DNA of 64,000 nucleotides from Ruditapes philippinarum (Eukaryota): NCBI RefSeq assembly GCF_026571515.1, contig NW_026859652.1, positions 1 to 64,000 of the forward strand, read 5' to 3'. Shown piece by piece: positions 39,091 to 51,410 of this stretch (position 1 is its first letter; each line of letters starts with the position of its first letter). The notes under the pieces were generated by a model. It saw only the letters and a program-made list of their open reading frames with translations, ran no database searches and was not told where the DNA came from. The position numbers and the translations under genes were made by a program.

Positions 39091-41574
39091 ATTGGAGACA
39101 TTTAGTTTACAGAGAAGTAATGATAATTGTTTTCGACGACATGAAATAGTTTCACTTTTGTCATCCATGATTTTTCCGCGCTGAGTAAGCTATTTTAATA
39201 ATGCAAATGAAACTATTATTTATATGTACCCACACTATTTATATGATAATTTATAAAATATGTTGAATTACTGTCCAGATAGAATGGAATTTATTTGCAC
39301 TCGTATTTACAATTTTATGTAAAATTGCTTACTAGCTATCTAACTATACATATTCATTTTACAACAATTGATTGTAATCAAATACATTTTTCAAGAAATC
39401 AGCAGTAAGCAGTAATCGGTCATTTTTGATAACATATTATCGTTATTTGAACGATGCGATGTCAAGCCTTTTTTGTAATGAAAAATAACATGTCGTTTAC
39501 TTTTCAATTATAGTATGTACACATTTAAAGTCTTAAGAATATTAGGCATTTAAGTATGTATATGTTTAATTTGTTTATTCTCCCCACCATGAAGTTACAA
39601 CTGAAAATTGTTCATACATACATACCCATGTTTCATTATACATGTATAAATTTAGCAGTTTGGATGAAGTTTTTTTTTATAAAAGAACGAATTTTAATCA
39701 CAAACAAAGCTGATGCTATGGTTACGTAAAACACAACCAAGCTACTAAAAATGAATAACACATTAAGGTACATTTATAACTGTTTCCCTATATAATCATA
39801 TGATATTGAAATCAATGAAGTACACAATATCAATGAAACTTACATTTTAAACATGTGTTTTCCGGGTCACAATATAGTAGATATTGGGTGAAAATATCTA
39901 TAATCCTATAAATGCAATGCTTAATTATAAATAAATGTCTTATGGTTGCCCATTTATTTTCGGTATCAATGTTATCTATGAATATTTTAAGTGACAGAAA
40001 CACCATAAAGTACTTTCTTTTCAACTGATTTGAAGTGTCTGAAATGGTCAGAGAAAAAGATCGAGGCCAACCAATTTTGGAAGAAGTAATTCATATACAT
40101 ATTGATTGCGCTGAAGAGTAACGGTTTAACTCATGAATATTCTGAGTCTCAATATCATTTGTAAGTCTGTGTCAATACGATTCGTTATATCATTAGTTTC
40201 AAAGACTTTAACTTATAGATTATATCTCTTTCAAAACGATTACGCAACCTCATGGCACAAGTTTCTTAAGTGTTACAATAGTGCGCCGTTTCCGCTCGCG
40301 ACAATTATTTGTCGATAACTAATTTCAATACTTACCGACCTTTACCGGAACCTTGATGATGCGATCTTTGCACGAAACAGACTATATTATTATCAAGATA
40401 AAAGTTTTGAAAACAAAGTCATTATATATTTTGTTCAGAAATTTTTTTATTCTCTTTACGTACACCATTCATGTATGTTAGAAAAAAACATACGTATCTC
40501 TTAAGATACTACCATAAGATTAAGAAATTTTTTTTAAAAAATACTGTTTTTTAACTTTTATAAATTATTTCATAAGAACTTTGTTTATTTATAGTTTCCT
40601 TTATTCTTTTATTTTGATTTACAATATTTTATATGTGATTTTTTAAAATATTTTTGTCATTATTGCATATGATTAGAAAGTTTATAAAATAAAACGAAAA
40701 CAAAAATAATAGGAACACAACTTAATATATACTGTAAAACAAAACTTGTCCTCATCTGAAGAGACATCAATATCAATATGCTTATAATTCAATTTCTATG
40801 TTTACATAATGTTGTTTTTTTCTTAGCTACAGGAATTTTTATGTCGTTGTTATGCAAGCATTGCTAACATTTTATATGTATCGAAAATTTAGAAATAACT
40901 TATGCAAGTTTTCTTTCGGCCAAGCATTTTTTAAAAGATATTTCTTGTTTCAACTGTGAAAAGTTGTGATGTTGTCCTGCTATAAAATGATCTTGAAGTT
41001 TTGGAAGAATTCATTTATTTACGAACAAATGGTTTTATGCATAAATATTTTATCGTAAATATTTTTAATAGTTTTAGAAAAACCATTGTTAAACAAATTC
41101 AATTGTCATATGCTAAAACATTAACCAGAGGTTTTCTTTGTACATTTTAAGTTTGGTCTACAGACCCATCTATTGTCTTTGAGACAAAAACAAATATAAT
41201 TATCAACATATATACGGCTTCGTAATGGTTCTTATAATTAACGTAAATAAACATTCATTAAAATCAAAAGTATATAAAACATATATTTCTGAACATACAT
41301 ATAACCCAAAACATATTGCTATTGATATTTTATGTAGCTGAGGTTTTTTATCATTTGAAAAAAGCCTTACTAAAAAGAAATGAAAATTTTAATGTTTCGA
41401 CAAATGACACAAGAACTGATAAGAATGAGGAAAATGACTCGAAAACGGTAAGTATAAATTGTAATAATCAAGAAATACTAGAAGTCCCTTTCTTTGGTTA
41501 TTATAACATCCAAAAAATAGTCGTGTTAAAGCAATCATCTTAACAACAGTCAGCACAACAACACCTGATGTTCA

Positions 41575-41979
41575 TTAAATTATATATGTTTCCAGTATAC
41601 ACTGTTTAGGAATATATCCTATAACCAAAACTTCTCTTTGGTAATCAGCCCATTTATTCACATGTTTATTGTTAGGTATCAATACGTCCCGAACATGTTT
41701 GTCAGTAAGATCAACATATAAAACACGATTGCCAAGTCGGGCTACATCAATAACGGCAATTCTTTTAGATCCTGGGTGATAGTCTTTTGCATACTTTGCA
41801 AACTTTTCTGCTTTCAGTTTGGAGGCTGACGTTGAAATAAACATTGTCCAAAGCTTCCAGTTACCAACATGCTCCTCAACCGAATGAGTTGACCATGGAT
41901 CTTTAGCTTGTATACCATGCATTCGGTTTTCATCATCTCTCATCACACGGTATAACCGCCTGTACGGTATGAAATCCAT
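41575..41979 (-). CDS. Small stand-alone ADP-ribosyltransferase of the cholera/pertussis toxin (R-S-E) fold, ~134 aa from MDFIPY; candidate upstream exons at 42204-42224 and 43295-~43384
   Basis: Motifs in the correct order: LYRVMR (catalytic R), SVEEHVG (active-site His), FISTSAS (STS), DYQREVLVIGYIP..CI (QxE). Acceptor 'ttcttacaacag' ends at 41986, 6 nt before the ATG; the ORF-track N-terminal extension is intronic. Confidence 0.85.
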   Translation of the reverse strand: MDFIPYRRLYRVMRDDENRMHGIQAKDPWSTHSVEEHVGNWKLWTMFISTSASKLKAEKFAKYAKDYHPGSKRIAVIDVARLGNRVLYVDLTDKHVRDVLIPNNKHVNKWADYQREVLVIGYIPKQCILETYII

Positions 41980-42360
41980 GTATTTCTGTTGTAAGAAAAA
42001 TGAGATATTTAATACGAAATGCAGGAGGGGACATTTCAGCATTATGAGTTTTTATTTCAGCTCCATGAATTTACAATTTCGACCGCAAGCATTTATGATT
42101 TCACCATATTGAAGTCACGGATTCACTATTTGAACTTCACTAATTACTATTTCAGCTTGAAGAAATGTTCCAACTTGTCTTTTGTATTTTACATATAACT
42201 TACCTAAACGTTGTTTGGTTAGAACTATTAAATTAAATATGACATAAAAGCATGATAAGATCTTATTTATTTTTTGTGTAATAAAGGTATTTTTAACTGA
42301 ATATAGAGTGTGACGATTAATAAATTAAGAATTTCCTCCTTATTTTACGACTGTAAAACA

Positions 42361-42815
42361 CATGTTCTATTAAAGAACTTCATAATCAAACGAATCTGCA
42401 ATTTATCATTATAATCATGTAGTATGTTCTATTAAAAGAACTTCCTAATCGAACAAATCTACAATTTATTATTTTAATCAGGTAGTATGTTCTTATAAAG
42501 AACTTCCTAATCAAACAAATCTACAATTTATTATTATAATCAGGTAGTATGTTCTTATAAAGAACTTCCTTATCAAACAAATCTACAATTTATTATTATA
42601 ATCAGTTAGTATGTTCTATTAAAAAACTTCCTTATCGAACAAATCTACAATTCATTTTTGTATCTAATAAAGAACTTCCTTATCAAACATATATCCAATT
42701 TATATTTATGATCATTTAGTATGTTCTAGTAAAGAACTTTCTAATCAAACAAATCTACAAATTTATAATTATAATCAGGTAGTATGTTCTAATAATAACT
42801 TCTTTATCAAACAAA
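42361..42815. repeat. Minisatellite, ~62-bp unit, about 7 copies, upstream of the ART coding exon (probably intronic)
   Basis: 'agtatgttctattaaagaacttcctaatcaaacaaatctacaatttattattataatcagg' recurs at 42421, 42484, 42546, 42608, 42718 and 42781. Confidence 0.9.
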
Positions 42816-42869
42816 GGTGTACTTTATATCAGTACCATTACATGTGACCTGGAGGCTTGGACCCTGTTT

Positions 42870-43140
42870 AAGTTGAAACTTGAACCCAAAAGAATAGACT
42901 CTGTCTTGCCAAGATGCAAAGACAATTTATAGTCAATTAACCAATCACTAATAAGACTCATGACATAAGAGATAATTCCTCAGATTTATTTTACCAGATA
43001 CAAGGATATACTATAATATATATAATAAAAGCTTATTGCTTTGGGTTGCAGACATGTCATTGACATATATATTAGACATAAAAGAGGACCTAAACTGAAC
43101 CCCTTGGGGACACCATAGGTACCAGCCACATCTACCAGCT
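42870..43140 (-). mobile_element. LINE (CR1/L2-type) reverse transcriptase relic
   Basis: Minus-strand GVPKGFSLGPLLCLIY / VNDM and DWLIDYKLSLHLGKTESILLG are RT motifs, with frameshifts. Confidence 0.8.
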
Positions 43141-43662
43141 AATGTCTATCAGAGATAAGTAAGTATCTGGTAGTACTTTCATTCACAATTTTGATATATT
43201 AACTTGTTATATCCACGACTTGTAAGTCGAATATCAAACATATTTCACCTAGTTTATTTTGATACCGGTATTGTATAAAGACAATTATTCTTACCTGATT
43301 GCGATCCCCAATTATAATACAACAGTTCATGCAAAAAAAAATTGTACTAGAAACATACGTATGGACATCTGCACACTTTATTCTGCATTTTAAATAAGTC
43401 TTATCTTTATGTTAATGTATAAACATTTTTAACTTAAGAATAATACATAATGTGGTTGATATCAGATAACGTTTAGTATAACGCACTGAAAGTAAAAACT
43501 AGTATGTCCAATAAGTATTTAAACACGAAAAAACGATTATAAATATACATAAATGCATAAATTAATTTTAAACCAAGCACATACTAGATAGATATTATAA
43601 CAAATGTTTTAAACTGAAGAAATTTTCAGAAAATACAAGATACGCTACGACTACGTAATCTA

Positions 43663-43860
43663 TTTGAGCCGTGTCACGACAAAACCAACATAATGGGTTT
43701 GCGACCAGCACCATGCTGTTCGCTTACAGACCCTATAACAAGTAAAGAAACTGATAGCGAACAGCATGGATCCTGATCAGACTGCGCGGATGCGCAGGCT
43801 GGTCTGGATCCATGCTGGTCGCAAACCCATTATGTTGGTTTTGTCTTGGCGTGGCTCATT
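43663..43860. mobile_element. Palindromic MITE
   Basis: Inverted arms 'tgagcc..g.ca.gacaaaaccaacataatgggtttgcgaccagca' and 'tgctggtcgcaaacccattatgttggttttgtc..ggc.tggctca', with an internal hairpin. Confidence 0.8.
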
Positions 43861-44881
43861 TTTTAAAGACGTTGGTAGTGTTGCTGAGAAAAGATTCTTT
43901 AAATTCCTTAAGAAACGAAATGAAACGCATTAAAGCAATCGATAACATATCGTTTATTTATAACAACTTAAAAAAGGTTTCCTGCCGGGAAAAGTTTTAA
44001 TAATTTAAAAATATTTCATTTAAGTGTTTTCAAAATTGTTTGACAAAGACCGGAGAGGATCGATTAGTAGGACACCCGTCTGTACCATCCAGACGTTTGA
44101 GGTTTCTCTCGCAAATGTCTTGATGATACAGACTACACTACTATGTTTACATGTAATCTTTTTTAATTGCAATTGAATATTCTTTCATATACCTATTTTT
44201 ATCTACTATATGTGCATAAAGTATAGATTTTATTAATTCATTAAAAACAAATACAACGTTAATTAACCAGTCAAGTACGGTATTCAGATCTGGTGCTCCT
44301 ACATTTACCGAAAACAGGTTTATACTCCTCCATGCCTCAAAAATTAATCGCATATCAATACTCTGCGGGCTGGAGCCCGCAGGGAACAACCTCGGACTTA
44401 ATACGGATTGAAAGTAGTTCTACCACGTGGTTTGAGATGTAAAAATATTACAGAGGGTGTATAAATCTTTGACAATGTGTAACGAATGTTTATATTAGAC
44501 ATCCAAAGGAAAATTAAGTATATTTCGGTCAAAATTATGAATGAAAATATGTCTGACAAGCATTATCAATACTGGTGTACAAATATAACCAAATCCGAAC
44601 AATTGTCAATAGGTAGACATTTTGTTTTCTTTATCCATAATAATAAGTTAATTTACTTTTATATTTATGAATTTACTTAATTTAGGAAGACTTTTACTTG
44701 ATATATTGAAATTACGTACTAGTTAACTATGACACATTCAGTTGCTAATTTGCTAAATTAGTTTCACGGCGCCTTCTATCGAAATGTGACACATGTTTGT
44801 GATCTGTTCATATTATGTATCGTTTTAAATAGTTTAGTTTTCTTTCCAATTTAGTTTTTGTACATGAATGTATGTTAAAAT

Positions 44882-44985
44882 ATTACCTTATGTTTTAAAT
44901 CCTCAGTTTTGATTACAAACATAAACAAGGAAGTTACTTGTAATGATAAAATGTATCTTTATTGTAAAGAGAGGCATGTGACCGG
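44882..44985 (-). promoter_or_regulatory. Copy of the TRIM-like leader-exon/promoter module upstream of the ART gene
   Basis: 'ttaccttatgtt..taaatcctcag.ttt...agttacttgt...gag.catgtgac' aligns by eye with 32144-32257. Confidence 0.55.
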
Positions 44986-47506
44986 ACGCGACAGCTGCTG
45001 AAGGCGTTTAAATCAATTTTACTGAGACGAGTATAAATGAATGATATACCTCTTGGATTTTTTTCTTTTTTAATGTCTGATTAGCTATGATCTGATTAAA
45101 GTACAGAATTTGTAGGAATCATTTTGAAACTATGCTGTATATTTAAAATAGAATGTTTAGAAAATTTACAGAGTAAGTTAAAAACTTATCGCAAAATTCT
45201 AAGATGAAAGGGCAGATAATTCTTGAAATAAAAATGACAGAATTATGACAGCGCCCCTTTATTGTCCCACAGATTTATGTTTTGCTTTTGCGCTACATGC
45301 TATTGCGGTGACACCTTTGTGCTGTGTTCCTTCTTGTTGTTTTTTATCTCGTCTAAGGTAAGTATATATCTTCCTTTTCCTCCCAGTTTTTTTTTTCAAT
45401 GTTGCCCCCACTTAAGTCCCATTCTTTCTTTGTATTGGTGTCCTATTTTGTTACATGTTGCGAGTCGTGCTGGGAATTGCGTTCATGGAATGCCACCTTT
45501 CTTTTCTTCTTGATCGTGTGTTTTATATTTGGTACTTTGAATTTGTATCAAAATCGTATCGTCTACATTATCAATTCCCTCGAGTTGGTGGTGATTTTCA
45601 TTCTTAGCAGAGAAAATGGTTTAAATTATGTTCTTTTATATTTTTAGATTTTGATATTTTCGGAAAATATTTAATAAAAAAATGTAATTTTTATCTTTTT
45701 TATTTAAAAAATTGTTTAAAAATATACCTTAAAAGTTTTACTAAAAAAATAATTAAACCCCCAAAATCTTTAAAAACAGCATTATATTTTGGATTATTTG
45801 AAATAATATGAAAAATAAAATGCATAATAACAAAAATAAGCCTTTTTCTGGCAAAATTTTAAAAATCCTTAAATTGTAAAATTTTTAATTTTTTTCTGAA
45901 ATGAGATTTTTTTATTAATGGGAGCATTACAATTTTATTAAAATTTCAAGTAGAAAAATTCCAATTAGCATAAAATTTTGAATGCGTAGGAAAATAAAAA
46001 CGGTTGCAATCGTTTGAAATCAACATTTACGTTATGAACATTTTATTCACAAAATCTTTAAGTTAAAAAAAAGTGAAATTGACAAACCTCATGTTGTTTC
46101 TTACAAAATACAAAATTACGAATCAAATTTATTACTTAAATTTTAAAACATTAAATGAATAAGTTGAATACATGACTTTTAGAAGGTGGAAAATATACCA
46201 TTAAAAATAATAGTATAATATAAGATATTTAAAAAAGGATTTAAAAAAGCAAACAAAAAACACTCAACCATCAAAACAACAACAAATATTTAAGTTATCA
46301 TAAGCATTCGGCTACACATTTCATACTTACATGACAAATGTGGTTAGGACAATGTTAGTAGAGAGAGAGTCTCTTTAAATATATACAAATGTACAATGTA
46401 AATATAATTATCATAATATTATTACATAATAAATAACAAAGGTAATTGTACTGATCATTTCCTATTGCTAAGACAAAACTTTCAGTTGATACCCAAGGTT
46501 TTTCAGTTTATTTTACCAGAAATTTATTTTTTAAACATTTTGATTTTTCCCACCTGGATCTTAACCCTTATGTTATTAAACCATTAAACCCCAAATATTA
46601 AAGGGAAAACCGAAAAAGGGGGATTTTTCACTTTTAATGTTTGACTTTTAAATTTTTTTATTTTAAGAAATAACTTTTACTGATTTAAAACTCATCAAAA
46701 AAAAAATCATCAAAAACATATTGTTTATAAAAGCAACATTTCTCGTAGAAAATAGTGACAATTTTGGTAGTCATGTTGATTATGAGTGTTTTGTAAAATC
46801 TTTTAAAATAATATAAAGTATCTGATATATTCACTTTCTTTCTTTACATGGTAAAAGCTATTCAATATAGAACCTAAATTCTGGGTATAATAGTTTCATT
46901 CAAGAAGATGTCGTAACCAATCTAGGCTCCTGAGACATGATTTGTAGAGGAACTCAAGGTGATGCCACGTGCCAAATATTTAAGGTCAGTGTAATGCAGT
47001 TCCTGGGAAAGAGTTTTTATGACATTTTCATTGTAATACATGTAATACAAGTCTAAGCAATTAAAGTGAGCCACAGGATGAGGTCATTTTTTACGAAGTG
47101 GTGCATAATGCTTAATATTTAGCGCTAGGCATTGTAGTTTATGAAATGAAAGTTTACAGACATCTTTTACTATACAAATCTATGTTAAAGAAGTTGCCCG
47201 AAGGCGGGGCTACTTCCTTTATAAGAGAGATGGTTTATATAACTTTGGTAGAGGTCTTCTAGGCATAACATAATATCTTGGCTTTGAGCATTGCAGTATC
47301 ACAAAGGAAGACTTAAATTTATTTTCATATGTAAGTTATTATAAAACCAAGTGAACCGAGGAACAGCCAATGTTGAACAGGGGGACACGATTTTTAAAAA
47401 TTTTGTCCCAATAATCCAAACCCGAAAATGTTGACAAATTGTGAAACCCTTTAAAATGAAAATTATAAAGGCCATATGTTTTCATGCGTTTTGTAACCGC
47501 CAGTGT

Positions 47507-47690
47507 CAGATGAAAGCCTCAATCCTTCTCCTCACATCGTGTATTTTGTCTCAATTTTGACATGATCACAACTGATATTTTAAATTTGTATTTGGACAGT
47601 GGAACAACCACCTGTAGTCAACCTACAACTTAATTTACATCAAACGCCTTACTTGTAGTATGAGGAGAAGGGTTGAGGCTATCATCCGGG
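47507..47690. mobile_element. Small TIR element
   Basis: 'gatgaaagcctcaatccttctcctca' and 'tgaggagaagggttgaggctatcatc' are inverted repeats. Confidence 0.65.
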
Positions 47691-47729
47691 CAAATTAAAG
47701 CAACACTTTGGTAGAGGAATAGAGAAATA

Positions 47730-48120
47730 GAGAAAAACAGATATCTAAAGAAAGTTCAACACGGCAAAATTGAAACTGTTGCAGACCCAGTTTGATTGAC
47801 GATAGTGGTAATTGCAAGCTACCGTCCACGTCCCCAAGCACCGGCATAAGCATAATTTAACATAAACTGGTAATGTTTTGAATTTGAAACGTCCGCAGGG
47901 TGTTTATATGGCAGTTATCATGGAACCTTCAACGTTAGTGTCATGTAAAAGCGGCATAATTATGGTTTCCAAGTAAAAAAAAATGCGCGTATCCTAAACG
48001 AGAAAATAATTGGCAAAGCTAAATAAAAAACTTAAAATAAAAAAAAAAATGGGGATTTTTGGGAAAGGGGGAAAAAATTTTCAGGGGGGATTTATTGGAA
48101 AAGGGCCCTGCATATAACAG
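47730..48120. repeat. Locally repeated ~370-bp block, copy C
   Basis: 'acggcaaaattgaaa', 'gcaccggc.taag', 'ggaaccttcaa', 'aaagcggc.ta' and 'aatgcgcgtatcctaaacgagaaaa' match copies A and B. Confidence 0.75.
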
Positions 48121-49389
48121 AGAAGCTGTAAAAAAGATTATAATTTTAAAAATGCAAAATCGGCCAGCGGAAAAACTTTTGCCTTCGTTGGTCCAATTCC
48201 TTTACGCATCCCAAAAACTCAAAACCCGTTTGTTTAAGAATAGTGCCTGTTAAAACACCGCTTGAGACCCCAAATTATCTTTTAATTTCTTAAACAAAAA
48301 ATTAGAGCGCTTGATAGTGTTGTAAAAAATATACTCTGTTTGTGATTTATCTTGTTCAATATGTTGACTCTTTTTTTTAAAAATTTCATGTTTATTAATT
48401 TAGAATTTTTAATAAATAGAGGATTTTTTTAAACACAAGAATTCCTTTGTTATTTGGGGGATTGGTTAAATAGAATTAACCTTCTGTGACTTTTTAAATG
48501 ATTTTCTCATAGAATTTTGAATTTTCCTCCAAGACCTAAAAATTTTACAGCCGTTTTGTGTGAGTACTAAACTTATCTTTAAAACTTTCAACTTTTAAAC
48601 GTGCTTATATTTTACTAATAATTAATTATTCTTTATCAGCGTGAAAAATTTTATAACGATTGTAAATGTTGTATAAAATGGATTAATTCTTTGAATTTTC
48701 TAGTCTAAACTTTTTTGTACCATATTAAGAAAAAAACCCCTTCATACTAACGGAACATTCTACCATGTACATTATTCCCAAAATCATAAAGAAAGCTGTA
48801 TCTGACAATATAAATCGGAAAAAGGGGGGATAAAAATGAACATTTGTTCTGTGGCTGAAAAATTAAAGCCTTTTGTTATCTAAGGTAAAAACATTGTAGA
48901 ATTTTCGTATAGATTCGTTCCATAGTACATTGACCTAACAATTTAATTCGTTTCATATTTCTTTTTTATTTTTTATTCGCTTATTGTATTTTTTTATTAT
49001 TAAAAATTGAAAAGAAGCTTAAAAATTCAAATTCGTTTGAAAGTTTAATTTTGAATGAAAGAAACCCTTCAAAGGAAAGTCAAAATGATAACACCAAATA
49101 AAATATGTTTATTTGTAACACGCGCCTGGTAAAATTTTAAAAAAGCTCTGATATTAAATATTCAGAGGTGTACCCTTCATTTTTATAATCCATTACCACT
49201 TAATTTTGTCTTGTTTTTCTTTTTTAATTTCAAAAAAACTGGGATTAGTTTAAATATACCAACAAGGAAATGTCTTGTTTTTTCTATTTCTAAATGGATT
49301 ATTTAAAACTTATTGTTATTTGATTCTATAGGAATTTAAGCATCTCCTTTACATCGGCAATAACCCCTTTACATTCAATTTTTTTATCG

Positions 49390-49565
49390 AGGAGTAAAGG
49401 TACCACTAAGGGTTTCCTTTTTCGAGGCCTGAAAATAATTCCCACGGCCACAGACGGGCACCCTGAGGGTCTTTCCCCACCAGATTAGTGGAACGTTCCC
49501 ATATGACCAAAACACTGTGTCGCGGTCTGTTACGGTGAAACCCCGAACAGACAACAAAACAACAA
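49390..49565 (+). mobile_element. SINE 3' fragment (same family as 15554-15722) in low-quality sequence
   Basis: 'gggcaccctgagggtctttccccaccag...atatgacc..actgtgtcg' followed by an (aac)n tail. Confidence 0.65.
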
Positions 49566-51410
49566 TATAACAACATTGTACCACATATTTAGGACCCAAT
49601 TTTAGTTTTGAAGATTGTGCCTTAAAACTAGCTTAAAAATCAGCTTGTATAAATTTTAAACAATATTATGAAGGGTATTTCTTCATAAAAGCTATGCTAA
49701 AACGTTAGTTCGGTTTAAATGACTTCAAAATTCGAAATTATTAAAAAATCCCCGGTGAAAATTTCAACCCGTACAGCACTGACGTACTTCTATCTGTTTA
49801 AATAAACTTTTTCCCTTAGACCCTTTTACTCATCTGATTCTAGTCATTTATTTTTATTTTTTTCTTAAAACTTCTTATTCATTGCTTATCTTTCAAAAAA
49901 TTTTTAAATTTTTTTTCCACTCAAGAAGAGAAAGAAGGAGAAAGAAGAATTCATTGATTATGACATTCTTTTTAAAAGTTTCGTCGGCAAAACAAACCAA
50001 AAATGTCCAGCCACGCCCAATTAATGGAAAAAACAAAGGATTCTTTATAATTTATCTTGTCCACCGGTTAAACCGGGCAACAATTTTAATTTCTCGACTA
50101 ATTTATAGGACTCTATTTTTAACTCTTGCATCTTTTAATGGTTTTGTTTTCCCCTTTCTTGCTTTTCGCTTTTCTCATTAAAAATTTTTCAACCAACAAA
50201 AAAGATTGTTACTTTAAAAAGTTTTAACATTTAAAATTTCATTCATGCAAGTGTCAGAAAGATACAAAAGGTTTATTTGTTTTCTTTTTGTTTGGATTTT
50301 AAATCACATGAGGTATATTTACGATATTTCAAAATTTTAACTTTCCCATGTGCAAATTCATTTTTTTTCAGACCTGAGAGGTACATGCGTTACAACTAGC
50401 ACCTTTCCCTGATAAAGCGAAATGGAAATTAGGTTCTTTCCACATGCTAGGACGGAACCTTTGGAACTTTCAGCGGGTGAAGAAGAAGTTAGCAATGGTT
50501 TTTTTAAAATCAGCAAAACCTAATTCACCCAGCCCGAAGACTCAATTTGGCATTGTTTTAAGAGAATATATATATTGATATAAAAAATTTCGTAACTTTT
50601 AAAGTTTTTTTTATTAAAATTTGTTAATACAATAAATAAACATTAATCTTTTATATATTTATTCATATATTTAAAAACATTTTAATATTATTTAATAAAA
50701 TGTTTTTTAACAATGCAACTTAGGTTTTTAAGATTTAAATTTTCCCCAAACTTTAAAAGTTTTTTTACCCGGGAAATTTTCCCAACTCTATGAAAGTTTT
50801 CCAATTTTGGGAAATTTTATAAAATTTAAAAAATCAAATTTTTGTTTTTTTTCAATTCTGAAACAGAACAGAATCTTTTCGAAGTTTTAGTTTTTGATCT
50901 TTTCCATAAACTGAAAATTTTTCCCTGTAGCTAATTGTTGGGATTTCCCTATAACATTTTCCCCCCCGTTTACAAATGTCCTTAATTTTTCCCGAAAGGG
51001 ATAAGATAATATTTCCAAAGGGGCTTTCAATTTTTGTTTTTTTCTCCTAGTTGGCATTTTAAAAAAACAGATGCCCATTTCCAAATTTTAAAAATTCAGT
51101 GGTAGCTAGAATAAGGAAAAAAAACATATCAATTGAAATGTCAAATAATAGACCTTAAATGAATAGTCTAACACTGGGTATTTGTTCATGCAAAGAATTA
51201 TTAATTATAACGTACACCTGCTATTAAAAACTTAATTATTTTTGTAGTGTACTATGGTACAATAATTTTAATCTAGTTTTATAGAAACAAATAGTTGTTT
51301 TAAAAAAAATACCCAAAATTTGAATAACCAAAAACTTGGTTTTAAAATTTTTTAAAACCTTTGCTATTCTCTACATTGAAAAAAAAAAAGAAAAACTCGT
51401 ACCCCGCCCT

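Noticed and set aside
41575-41979. Bacterial contamination or prophage as the source of the ART ORF
   Set aside because: It has a spliceosomal acceptor, AT-rich host-like flanks with eukaryotic repeats, and no operon or phage genes nearby.
49384-49599. 71-aa minus-strand ORF as a possible last exon of the 2CARD gene
   Set aside because: It is the antisense of a SINE copy.
49950-50170. Possible Cys/His-containing (RING-like) terminal exon of the 2CARD gene
   Set aside because: The sequence is too corrupted by homopolymer errors to establish a frame or ligand spacing.
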